A stretch of DNA of 64,000 nucleotides from an uncultured Clostridia bacterium. Its GTDB lineage: Bacteria; Bacillota; Clostridia; Oscillospirales; JAAYOS01. The notes below the pieces were generated by a model that searched no databases, was not told the origin of the DNA, and was given only the letters and a program-made list of their open reading frames with translations. Shown one piece after another: positions 33,931 through 42,485 of this stretch (the first letter of the stretch is position 1; each line of letters starts with the position of its first letter). A program made the translations under genes and the position numbers. The stretch spans positions 69,361 through 133,360 of the forward strand of contig CANRIN010000001.1 of NCBI GenBank assembly GCA_947630675.1, written 5' to 3'.

Positions 33931-33962
33931 CATAACGCGGAACAAATTGCAAACATTTGTTT
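33924..33962 (-). promoter_or_regulatory. Candidate distal lexA promoter with an overlapping degenerate SOS-box-like palindrome
   Basis: On the minus strand: TTGCAA (33947-33952), 17 bp, TATAAT (33924-29; this hexamer belongs to the repeat unit). AAACATTTGTTT at 33951-33962 and GAACAAAT at 33940-47 flank the -35. A proximal extended -10 (TGGTATAAT, minus strand, 33813-21) is an alternative. Confidence 0.35.
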
Positions 33963-34006
33963 GAGAATTTCGGGAAACTTTTAAGCGCTCCCACACGCGG
34001 CGGCGA

Positions 34007-34987
34007 TTACTTGTCAAACTTCAGGCTGAGGCGCAGGGTGTACTGTTCGCCGGAGCCGTCCGGGTTTTGTGTCAAGAACAGCGTCAGACGGTACTCCCCA
34101 CCTTCTTCAAATGTAAGACGCTGCCTAAACATGAACAAATTATCGTATCCGCTCTGGCGCGGCTCGGATGAAGTGTCGTAGAAGCGGCGGGGGTCGTCCT
34201 CCGGGAGCAGAATCATTGACGAGCCGACATCCGTATCGGTGATATCCGTGTATTCGCCGCTGTCCGACTTCTTCTCAATGGTTCCGTGGGCTAGGTCGAG
34301 ATAAAGCGTGGCGCCGTCCATGTTTGGCCGTATGGCGACATAAACTCCGCCCGGCTCGATATAATCTACCGACACTACATCAAACTTGCTGCCGGTGGCT
34401 TCGGGAACGGTGACGGTGTGAGAAATCGAATAGAGAGTATCGCCTGTCGAATAGTCACCTGTGCTTTCGTGCATCTTGTATGTCAGCTTGTATGTTCCCG
34501 ATTCGTGTATCGGGAACGGCAGCAGTATGCGGCTGCCTCCGCTTTGCAGTACCACATAATCGGGCATGCCGCCTACAGTTGCGAGCTTATAAGGACGAAT
34601 ACTCTGCAAATTGACCCATTCGCCGTCTTCCAACCGCTCCATTGTGACGGGTTTGTCGAACCGTACACGTGACGTCTGCATGCCGTCCTCAAATACTTTT
34701 TCCGTCACGGCGGCGTCATGCTCACCGGAAAAGCATACTCCGAGCTGCGGCGCTCCGTTCCAGGTGGTGAAATAGTAGGAAGTCGCCTCGACAAAATCGG
34801 TGTCCCCCGAACAATCGGAGATGGGTACTCTTTCGGCAGTTGAGATCGTTTCTTCGGCAGTCGAGAGCGTCTTTTCGGTATTGCCGAAGTCGCCTTGGGT
34901 GCTCTCGGTGCCCTGCCCCGAGCAGGCGGCAAGCATTGCGAGCGCCAGACAGAGCGCGAGTATTTTGAGTATCCGTTTCATGTTCAT
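34007..34987 (-). CDS. Secreted lipoprotein of unknown function
   Basis: MNMKRILKILALCLALAMLAAC (lipobox). 326 aa. SD GGAGG upstream. Confidence 0.6.
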   Translation of the reverse strand: MNMKRILKILALCLALAMLAACSGQGTESTQGDFGNTEKTLSTAEETISTAERVPISDCSGDTDFVEATSYYFTTWNGAPQLGVCFSGEHDAAVTEKVFEDGMQTSRVRFDKPVTMERLEDGEWVNLQSIRPYKLATVGGMPDYVVLQSGGSRILLPFPIHESGTYKLTYKMHESTGDYSTGDTLYSISHTVTVPEATGSKFDVVSVDYIEPGGVYVAIRPNMDGATLYLDLAHGTIEKKSDSGEYTDITDTDVGSSMILLPEDDPRRFYDTSSEPRQSGYDNLFMFRQRLTFEEGGEYRLTLFLTQNPDGSGEQYTLRLSLKFDK

Positions 34988-35052
34988 AACCTCCGTATCA
35001 CAACAAAGTGATTGAACCGAACCGACCGCCGGAAATCCAGCGGTGACACTGT

Positions 35053-35245
35053 CCGTTCATAGCGTATATGTCCGCACACCGCGTTTTGGGGACAGCTTTT
35101 TTAAAATTTTATCAAAAATTTTTCATTCTGTCACCTCCGTATCATAATGAAGTACCTGAGCGGGGTCGGGCGGAGGGACATTTGCCCCGCACATCCACCC
35201 GTTCATAGCGTATATGTCCGCACATCGCGTTTTGAGGACAGCTTT
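35053..35245. repeat. Two copies of a ~47-bp conserved block (35053-35100 and 35199-35245) within a ~146-bp duplicated upstream module
   Basis: CCGTTCATAGCGTATATGTCCGCACA(C/T)CGCGTTTTG(G/A)GGACAGCTTT. Each copy is followed on the minus strand by TACGGAGGT(T/G) and an ATG. Confidence 0.8.
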
Positions 35246-35258
35246 CCCGGAAAAATTT

Positions 35259-35287
35259 TTGACTTGGGTGCTCCGCTGTGCTACAAT
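35259..35287 (+). promoter_or_regulatory. Sigma-A promoter candidate
   Basis: TTGACT, 17 bp, TACAAT. Confidence 0.5.
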
Positions 35288-35313
35288 GTGAGAAGAAATT
35301 TCGGGAGGGGTCG

Positions 35314-36153
35314 ATGCTGATGAAACGGCACGGAACCGGTCTGCTGCTCGCGGCGGTGATAACGGCGCTCGGCGCCGCCGCCGGAGTGCTTAGATACTTT
35401 GAGCTCACGAAGGGGCTCGAACACGGGCTCGCGGGCGGAAGCCCGCTCATCCCCGCCATGCGCGCGGCGGCCATAGCCGGCGCGCTGCTCGCGGCGGGCG
35501 TTTCGCTTGCGATAAAGCCCACCGCCGGAAGCTACGCCGCGCTCTACCGCCGTCAGCTGCCTAAGACGGCGTCGGTGGCGGCGGGGTTCCTGTTCGCCGC
35601 GTCGGCGGCCGCGGGGCTCGTCACATACGGGGCGGGGAACGTCCTGCGCCTTGTGCTGTCGCTTTTTGCGGTATTCTGCGGCGCGACGATGGTGTTCTCG
35701 GTCGCGAGCGACGGCTCGGGCAGCCGCATAGACGCGGACAGAAGCGGCAATTCGATATTCGCGGTGTTCCCGGTGTTCTTCTTCGGGTTCCTGCTCGTGG
35801 CGCTCTATGTGTTCCACTCGAACGACGCGGTGCTCGAAAATTACGGATATGTCGTCGCCGCGGGCGTCGTGGAAACGGCGGCGGCGTACTACGTCTCGGG
35901 ATTGGCATTCGGCGACCGCAGGCCGAGGAGAACGCTCGCGGTGTCCTGCGCGGCGCTCTTCCTCTCGGTGTGCGTAGCTCTGGGAGAAGCGATGAGCGGC
36001 GGGGATATGCAGGTGGCGGTGATACTCGCGGCGTCCGCAGTGTGGAACTTTGCGGCAATCGCGGCGCTCACCGGACCCTCGTGCGAGGAGAGCGAAAAGC
36101 CGTCCGGCGGAGAGACAGAACAGCCCTCCGAAGAGACCGGGGAAGCGCAATAA
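35314..36153 (+). CDS. Polytopic membrane protein of unknown function with an acidic C-terminal tail
   Basis: 279 aa, about 7 hydrophobic helices, tail CEESEKPSGGETEQPSEETGEAQ. SD GGGAGGGG. Confidence 0.55.
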   Translation: MLMKRHGTGLLLAAVITALGAAAGVLRYFELTKGLEHGLAGGSPLIPAMRAAAIAGALLAAGVSLAIKPTAGSYAALYRRQLPKTASVAAGFLFAASAAAGLVTYGAGNVLRLVLSLFAVFCGATMVFSVASDGSGSRIDADRSGNSIFAVFPVFFFGFLLVALYVFHSNDAVLENYGYVVAAGVVETAAAYYVSGLAFGDRRPRRTLAVSCAALFLSVCVALGEAMSGGDMQVAVILAASAVWNFAAIAALTGPSCEESEKPSGGETEQPSEETGEAQ

Positions 36154-36182
36154 GTGCGGCAGCGAAAGAAAGGTAAGACCTT

Positions 36183-36740
36183 ATGAATGCCGATATAGAC
36201 ATAAGCGATGTCGTCCTCACTACCGAGCGGCTGACGCTCCGCCCGTGGCGGTCGGACGACCTGGAGGACTTCTACGAATACGCGTCGGTGGACGGCGTCG
36301 GACAGATGGCCGGATGGGCGCCGCACAGGAACAGGGAGGAGACGCTTGAGGTCCTGCGCCGCTTCATTGCGGGAAAAAAGACATTTGCGCTCGAATATGA
36401 GGGCAAGGTGATCGGTTCTCTCGGAATAGAGGAGTACAATGAGAACGAATTCCCGGAGTTTGCGGCGGAGCGGTGCCGGGAGCTCGGCTATGTGCTCTCC
36501 AAGGCATACTGGGGCCGCGGGCTGATGCCGGAGGCGGTGAAAAGGGTCATGGAGTACCTCTTCGACGAAGTGAAGCTGGATGTTATCTTCTGCGGACACT
36601 TTGTTCACAACCTTCAGTCTGCCCGCGTGCAGGAGAAGTGCGGGTTCAGGCATTACGGTTTCATAAAATATAAGACGAGTATGGGCACGACGGAGGACTG
36701 CGAACTGAACCTGATACGCAAAGAAGAGTTTACGCGGTGA
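36183..36740 (+). CDS. GNAT-family N-acetyltransferase (RimJ/RimL-like)
   Basis: LTTERLTLRPW...D...F.EY.....V...AGW.PH......E.... and motif A ..YWGRGLM.EAV. Confidence 0.8.
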   Translation: MNADIDISDVVLTTERLTLRPWRSDDLEDFYEYASVDGVGQMAGWAPHRNREETLEVLRRFIAGKKTFALEYEGKVIGSLGIEEYNENEFPEFAAERCRELGYVLSKAYWGRGLMPEAVKRVMEYLFDEVKLDVIFCGHFVHNLQSARVQEKCGFRHYGFIKYKTSMGTTEDCELNLIRKEEFTR

Positions 36741-36892
36741 GTGCAGACGGCCCAGCTGGTCAAATAATCGGATTTCAAATATGAGGCTACAGCGATTTTC
36801 AATGTCCGAACGGTCTTGACCGTTCGGGCATTATATTTCCGCGCCTTTCCGCGCAAACTAGTGCGTATAGCTGACGGGAAGGGGGCGGCAGG

Positions 36893-38407
36893 ATGCTTTT
36901 CAGGCGGGCGAAGCGCACTCATGCGGCAAGGCCGCAGAGCGTCGAGGAGCGGTACTCCTCGCTCACGCTTGCGAGCAGCGTCGAGGAAAACGAGCGAATC
37001 TTCCGCGAGGTGTTCCGCGGCGACGACACGATGATTTTCCGCCGGTTCGGGCCGGAGGGGATGTTTTTCATCATGCTCGTGGACGGCATGGTAAACGACG
37101 AGACGGTAAACGACAACATAGTCCGGCGGCTCGAGATAACTGTGAAGCCGGGGGATCCCGCACCGGAGATCGAGCGTGTCGAGCGGGAGATGGTGTCGAT
37201 AGCGGAGGTGAAGCGCACCGCAAAGATAATTGACATCTTCGACAGTCTGCTCTACGGCGACACGGTACTTCTTGCGGACGGCTCGAACGAGGCGCTGATA
37301 CTTTCAAGCAAGGGCTTCGAGCGGCGGAGTATCGGCGAGAGCCAGAACGAGAAGGGCATAAAGGGGCCGCAGGAGGCGTTCAGCGAGGCGTTCATGCCTA
37401 ACCTCGCTTTGATACGGAGAAAGCTCCGCGATCCCGCGCTGAAGTTCACCTTCCGCAAGATAGGCCGTGTCACCCGCACGAACGTCGTGCTCTGCTATAT
37501 CGACGGGGTCTGCGAAAAGGGTCTCGTCGAGGAGATAGAGGCGCGCCTTGACAAGATAGAGATAAACGGTATACTCGACTCCAACTATGTCTCCGAGCTT
37601 ATCTGCGACAGCCCCGGCTCGCCGTTCCGCACGGCCGGCTCTACCGAACGTCCGGACATCGTCGCGGCGAGACTTCTCGAGGGGCGCGCCGCCATAATAG
37701 TGGACGGCAGCCCGACGGTGCTCACCGTGCCGCACCTGCTCGTGGAATACTTCCAGAGCCAGAACGACTACTACCGCAGCTTCTGGGGCGCGTCGCTCTC
37801 GCGGATGCTGCGATATATCGGTTTTTTCGTGTCGGTGTCGGCGCCCGCGCTCTACACCGCCATACTCGGGTTCCACCCGGAGCTGCTGCCGACGACGTTG
37901 CTGATAAGCGTGGCGCGGGCGCGGCAGGGGGTGCTGATACCTACCGTGGCGGAGATGACATTTATGCTCCTCGCCCTCGAGATATTGCAGGAGGCGGGGC
38001 TCCGCGCCCCGCCGGCGATAGGGCAGTCGCTCTCGATAGTCGGAGGCCTGATACTCGGGCAGGCGGCGGTGGACGCGCGGATAGTCAGCGCGCCGGTGGT
38101 GATAGTCGTGGCGCTCTGGGCGGTGACGAATATGATGCTTCCGAACCTTCGGAGCCCCATAATCGTCATGACCTTTGTGCTGCTTGTGCTCTCCGGCGCG
38201 CTGGGACTCTACGGCTACTCGCTTGGGATGTGCGCGCTCGGCGTGCTGCTCGCGTCGATGCGCTCCTTCGGTGTGCCGTATACGGACTTTGCGGTGCCGT
38301 ATTCCTTCCGGGAGCTGCGCGACAGCGTCATACGCGCGCCGTGGCGCAGAATGGCGGTGAGGCCGTTTTCCCCGAAGCGCGGAGGTGAGCCGAGTGAGAG
38401 CGATTAA
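36893..38407 (+). CDS. Spore germination protein, GerA family A subunit
   Basis: 504 aa. LL.GDTVLL.DG...ALI......ERR.I.E...E..I.GP.EAF.E....N..LIRR.L......F. Confidence 0.85.
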   Translation: MLFRRAKRTHAARPQSVEERYSSLTLASSVEENERIFREVFRGDDTMIFRRFGPEGMFFIMLVDGMVNDETVNDNIVRRLEITVKPGDPAPEIERVEREMVSIAEVKRTAKIIDIFDSLLYGDTVLLADGSNEALILSSKGFERRSIGESQNEKGIKGPQEAFSEAFMPNLALIRRKLRDPALKFTFRKIGRVTRTNVVLCYIDGVCEKGLVEEIEARLDKIEINGILDSNYVSELICDSPGSPFRTAGSTERPDIVAARLLEGRAAIIVDGSPTVLTVPHLLVEYFQSQNDYYRSFWGASLSRMLRYIGFFVSVSAPALYTAILGFHPELLPTTLLISVARARQGVLIPTVAEMTFMLLALEILQEAGLRAPPAIGQSLSIVGGLILGQAAVDARIVSAPVVIVVALWAVTNMMLPNLRSPIIVMTFVLLVLSGALGLYGYSLGMCALGVLLASMRSFGVPYTDFAVPYSFRELRDSVIRAPWRRMAVRPFSPKRGGEPSESD

Positions 38408-39530
38408 GCGCATGGTGCCGGTGCTGCTTGCCGCGGGGATGCTCTTTGCCTCCGGCTGCGACTACACCGACCCCGACCGCATGGCGATAATCACCGGCGC
38501 GGCGATAGACCTCGCGGACGGGATGTACGAGCTCACGATAGAGTCGATAAAGGTGGAGGGCTCGTCGCTCGACGAGCCCATCGAGACGCAGATCTTTACG
38601 GCAGCGGGGCTTAGCCTCGACCTCGCGGAGGCCGAGCTGGAGCGGCTCACCGGCTCGCGGCTCTACTGGGGCCACGCGCAGGCGCTCGTCTTGAGTGAGG
38701 CGGCGGCGCGCGGAGCGCTGCCAGCGATACTGGACTGGGTCATGCGCTCGGGCGACCTGCGTCTCACGCTGGTGCTCGCGGTGAGCCGGTCGGGCAGCGC
38801 AAAGGAGATACTATCGAGCGACCCGTCCGGCTCCTACTCGGTGGCGAGCGCCATCGCGGGCGCGGCGCGGGACGGGGGCTTCTCCGAGCGCTTGGCGGGG
38901 GCGAGTACCCACAGAACACTCGAGGCGCTGCTCGACAACGGCGCCGCGCTGCTGCCCGCCGTCCGTCCGGCGGAGCAGGGAGAGGACAGGAGCTATGCGG
39001 TCCTTGACGGCGGGGCGGTGCTCGTCGGAGAGACGTTTGCCGGGTTTCTCAGCGAGGACGAGGCGCACGACATGCTCCTGCTCCTCGGTGCGGGTGAGAC
39101 GCGCGAGCTCATGCGCTTCGACGGCGGCGCGGTGGGTCTCAGGGTAGAGGACATAAGCTCCTCGGCGGCATTGTCCGCGGGTGCGGACGGCGCGCCGCTG
39201 CTCCGCGTGAGCGTGAGCGGCGGGTGCGTGATAGAGTATTTGGAAGGCGGCGCGGAGCAGCTAGACGAGGATATGGCGCACAAGCTGACGGACGCCGCGA
39301 GCGCGGCGCTCGCGCGGAGGATAGAGCGCGCCATAGCAGCGTCGCGCGCGCTCGGCGCAGACATCGCGGGCTTTGCCGAGCAGTTTGAAAAGAGTTACGG
39401 CGACGCTGCGTCCGACGCCGCTCTCACATCGGAGGTTGAGGTATCGGTCGAGCTCGAGATAACCGACACCGGGCTCATATCCCTTTCGCCCGCGTCGGGA
39501 GCGGACGGCATGGGGAGGCGGAACGGATGA
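38394..39530 (+). CDS. Ger(x)C-family germination lipoprotein
   Basis: Lipobox LLAAGMLFASGC, then D.....MAII.G.AID. The start is GTG 38394 after GGAGGTG (38385 is also in frame). Confidence 0.8.
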   Translation: MRAIKRMVPVLLAAGMLFASGCDYTDPDRMAIITGAAIDLADGMYELTIESIKVEGSSLDEPIETQIFTAAGLSLDLAEAELERLTGSRLYWGHAQALVLSEAAARGALPAILDWVMRSGDLRLTLVLAVSRSGSAKEILSSDPSGSYSVASAIAGAARDGGFSERLAGASTHRTLEALLDNGAALLPAVRPAEQGEDRSYAVLDGGAVLVGETFAGFLSEDEAHDMLLLLGAGETRELMRFDGGAVGLRVEDISSSAALSAGADGAPLLRVSVSGGCVIEYLEGGAEQLDEDMAHKLTDAASAALARRIERAIAASRALGADIAGFAEQFEKSYGDAASDAALTSEVEVSVELEITDTGLISLSPASGADGMGRRNG

Positions 39531-40585
39531 GGCACATAAGTCCGCGCGGCAGAGCCGTGCTCGTCGCGTGTTTTGTCGTGGGCGGCGGACTGCTCACCGG
39601 CGCGCCGAGCGGCTCGGAGGGAGCTGGATGGGCGAGCGCCGCAGTCGCGGCGCTCGCGGGTATGGCTGCGGCGTGGGCTGTGGCGCGGCTCGGATGCTCC
39701 GCGCCTGGAAGCGGTCTTGCGGAGGCCCTTGACCTCCGGTTCGGCCGCACCGCGTCCGCCGCGGTGAAAGTGGTCCTCTCCGCGATGACGGCGGGACTTC
39801 TGCTGCGTGATGCCGCCGTCATTACAAAGTTTGTCGGGGCCAACATGATGCCCGGTACGCCGGAGATGTTTATAGCGTTGAGCTTCGCGCTGACGGCGGC
39901 GTGGTGCGCCGCGGCGGGGCGCAGCGTCGTCGGCAGATGGGCGGAGCTTGTCGCCCTGCCGATGTTTCTCCTGCTGGCATTCGCGTTTGCACTCGCCGCG
40001 CGCGACTTCGGCGCGGACGCCGTGGAGGACGGCCTGCGGGAGGGCGCGGGAGGAATACTGCCGGGCGCGGTCGGGATATTCGCGGAGAGCTTCGGGTCGG
40101 TACTGGTCTGCTCTGCGGTGGTGTTCCCGTTCTCGTCGGACGAGAAGCATCCGGCGCTTCCGCTTGTCGTGGGTGCGGCGCTCGGAGGTGCGGTGCTCGC
40201 CGTCGTGATGCTGATGAACGTGGCGCTGCTCGGCAGCAGCACGATAGAGCTCTTCAACTTTCCGACCTACCACGCGCTTCGGGTGAGCGGCGTGGACGGC
40301 GTCCTCGAGCGAATGGAAGCGCTGCTGATGCTCCCCGCCGTGATGTTTGTCTTCCTTCGCGTCGCGGCGGAGCTGACCCTGTTTGCGGAGCTGGCGAAGA
40401 GCAGTGCGGCAAAGAAGCTTACGCCGTTCGTGATGGCGGCGGTCGCCGCGGCAGCGTCGCTTGCGGTGTTCCCGAGCCAGATCGAGCTGCGGGAGCACAC
40501 CGAGGCGGCCCTCGGGATATATGCCGCGCTGTGGGCGCTTATCGCCGTGCTGTTCGCCGCCGTCGGGCGGCGGAGAAGACGCTGA
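39527..40585 (+). CDS. Spore germination protein, GerAB/APC-permease-like B subunit
   Basis: 352 aa, about 10 TM helices. The ATGA overlap with the gerC-like stop gives an A-C-B gene order. Confidence 0.7.
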   Translation: MRHISPRGRAVLVACFVVGGGLLTGAPSGSEGAGWASAAVAALAGMAAAWAVARLGCSAPGSGLAEALDLRFGRTASAAVKVVLSAMTAGLLLRDAAVITKFVGANMMPGTPEMFIALSFALTAAWCAAAGRSVVGRWAELVALPMFLLLAFAFALAARDFGADAVEDGLREGAGGILPGAVGIFAESFGSVLVCSAVVFPFSSDEKHPALPLVVGAALGGAVLAVVMLMNVALLGSSTIELFNFPTYHALRVSGVDGVLERMEALLMLPAVMFVFLRVAAELTLFAELAKSSAAKKLTPFVMAAVAAAASLAVFPSQIELREHTEAALGIYAALWALIAVLFAAVGRRRRR

Positions 40586-40711
40586 AGCCGACGGCGTACG
40601 GTCTTCATTCCGAGGGACAGACTTTTTGCGCGAAGGTGCAAATTCATCTTCCGTGAGGAGAAGTTTTGTGCTACAATAGGCGGTAGAAAACTTTGTCCGG
40701 AGGGAACTGAC

Positions 40712-41800
40712 TTGAAGAGGATCATTTCTGCGATACTGCTGCTCGCGCTCTCCTGCACGCTCGCGTCCTGCTCGCTCGAGGAGGGGCGCGTGACAGGCAC
40801 GTCCCCGTCGCCTGCGGCAAGCTCCGCCGCACCGCTCGGCGAGCCGCCGATGCCCGCGGAGGAGCTTGGCGAGACGGTCATGGTCATTGACGGAGACGGC
40901 GTCACGATGGCGGAGGTCCGCTATCAGGCCGCGTCTCTCATGAGCGCGTACGAGTTCTACGGGGAGGGGAGCGTCGACTTCTCGGAGGAGCTGGAGGGCA
41001 AGCCCGCGGGCGACTTCTTTATAGACGAGGCCGTGAGCACCTGCATCCTGTTCCGCGCGGTGGAGAGATACGCAGCGGAGAACGGGTATGCGTTCACCGA
41101 AGAGGAGTACGACGATATATATGCGGAAATAGACGAGTATATCGAGCAGTGCGGCGGCCGGGATGCCTTCAACGAGCAGCTCGAGTACGCCGGTATGACG
41201 CCGAGCCTATACGAGTACCTTGTCGAGATACCGCGCCTCTATTATAAGATGTACGACGCGATATACGGCGAGGGCGGCGAGCATGAGATAACGGACGAGA
41301 CGGTACACAGCTACTTCGAGCAGAACTATATGACGACGCGGCACATCCTCAAGGCCGCCATCGACGAGAACGGCGACCCGCTGCCCGAAGCGGACGCCGA
41401 AAAGGTGCGCGCGGAGGCGGAAGCGCTTGCGGAGCGCGCCGCCTCGGGCGAAGACTTCGCGGCGCTTGCGGAGAGCGAGAGCGATGACGACGAGCTTCTG
41501 GGCGAGACGATAACCTTCGAGCTCTCCACCATGCCGGACGAGTACGTCGCGGCGGCGGAGGCGCTCGCGCCGGGCGAGGTGAGCGGCCCGGTGGACATCG
41601 GCGGCGCGTATGTCATAATACTCCGCGAGGAGCTGGACGAAGGGTATCTCGACGAGAACTTCGACGCGGTGTCGGAGGAGTACGGTCTCACGCAGTTCCG
41701 CGTGTACCTCGACGCGGTGTGCGAGACCCTGCCGGTCGAGAAGACCGACGCCTTCGCGACGGTAGACCCCGAGGAGATATACTCCGCGTTCTTCGGGTAA
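40712..41800 (+). CDS. PrsA-like foldase lipoprotein (SurA-N-like plus parvulin PPIase domain)
   Basis: TTG start after GGAGGGA. Lipobox LLLALSCTLASC. Parvulin-like TTRHILK....FAALAESESDD.....GE......M..E.V.AA.AL.PGEVSGPV...GAYVII. Confidence 0.65.
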   Translation: MKRIISAILLLALSCTLASCSLEEGRVTGTSPSPAASSAAPLGEPPMPAEELGETVMVIDGDGVTMAEVRYQAASLMSAYEFYGEGSVDFSEELEGKPAGDFFIDEAVSTCILFRAVERYAAENGYAFTEEEYDDIYAEIDEYIEQCGGRDAFNEQLEYAGMTPSLYEYLVEIPRLYYKMYDAIYGEGGEHEITDETVHSYFEQNYMTTRHILKAAIDENGDPLPEADAEKVRAEAEALAERAASGEDFAALAESESDDDELLGETITFELSTMPDEYVAAAEALAPGEVSGPVDIGGAYVIILREELDEGYLDENFDAVSEEYGLTQFRVYLDAVCETLPVEKTDAFATVDPEEIYSAFFG

Positions 41801-41816
41801 AAGTAGCTCCACAGAG

Positions 41817-41853
41817 ACAGCCGCCCGCCGCCAAAATGGTGACGGGCGGCTGT
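41817..41853 (+). terminator. Terminator hairpin
   Basis: ACAGCCGCCCG...CGGGCGGCTGT followed by TTGT. Confidence 0.5.
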
Positions 41854-41956
41854 TTGTGACGGATTGAACATTTCAATCGGAAAGGGACAGCGGCACTTTG
41901 CGCCGAGCTCCCGACACCGGTAAGCCGTATCATTTCTCTATATTCATTACTATGTA

Positions 41957-41985
41957 TTGACAATGTAATGATATTGTGTTACAAT
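41957..41985 (+). promoter_or_regulatory. Consensus sigma-A promoter of the TA locus with overlapping small palindromes (candidate antitoxin operators)
   Basis: TTGACA, 17 bp, TACAAT. The palindromes are ATTGACAAT (41956-64) and ATTGTgttACAAT (41973-85). Confidence 0.6.
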
Positions 41986-42010
41986 AGAAATGCCGAAAGG
42001 AGGTATCTCA

Positions 42011-42277
42011 ATGGCTCAGGTCAATCTTAATGTCCGCATGGATGAGGATGTCAAGCGCCGGTTCGACGAGTTTTGTGCCGAGGTCGGTATGAACGCCTCG
42101 GTCGCCATCAACCTTTTTGCTCGCACCGTCGTCCGCGAACAGCGCATCCCGTTCGAGATCACCGCTGACCCGTTCTACTCCTCCGCAAATATGGCTGCCC
42201 TTCGCCGCTCTATCGCCGAGCTGGACGCCGGGCGCGGTACTCCTCACGAGCTTGCGGAGGGCGGCGGCGATGACTAA
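42011..42277 (+). CDS. Type II antitoxin, RelB/DinJ family (RHH)
   Basis: MAQVNLNVRMDEDVKRRFDEFCAEVGMNASVAINLFARTVVREQRIPFEI. SD AAAGGAGG. Confidence 0.8.
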   Translation: MAQVNLNVRMDEDVKRRFDEFCAEVGMNASVAINLFARTVVREQRIPFEITADPFYSSANMAALRRSIAELDAGRGTPHELAEGGGDD

Positions 42278-42485
42278 AATCTGGTCCGACTCCGCGTGGG
42301 CGGACTACCTCGAGTGGCAGGTTTCCGACACGAAGACGCTGCGCCGTGTCAATGAGCTTATCCGTGACACGGAGCGCGACCCATTCCGAGGTCTCGGCAA
42401 GCCCGAACCGCTCAAGGGCGACCTCTCCGGATGGTGGAGCCAAATCCCACGCGGTCGGCGACCGCGTGGGAGCCCTTCCGATTAA
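42270..42485 (+). pseudogene. yoeB: Txe/YoeB-family toxin gene, 3'-truncated by the hairpin-repeat mosaic
   Basis: MTKIWSDSAWADYLEWQVSDTKTLRRVNELIRDTERDPFRGLGKPEPLKGDLSGWWS aligns with E. coli YoeB residues 1-57. From 42441 the frame runs into repeat sequence (CCCACGCGGTCGGCGACCGCGTGGG) and stops 14 codons later. Confidence 0.75.
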
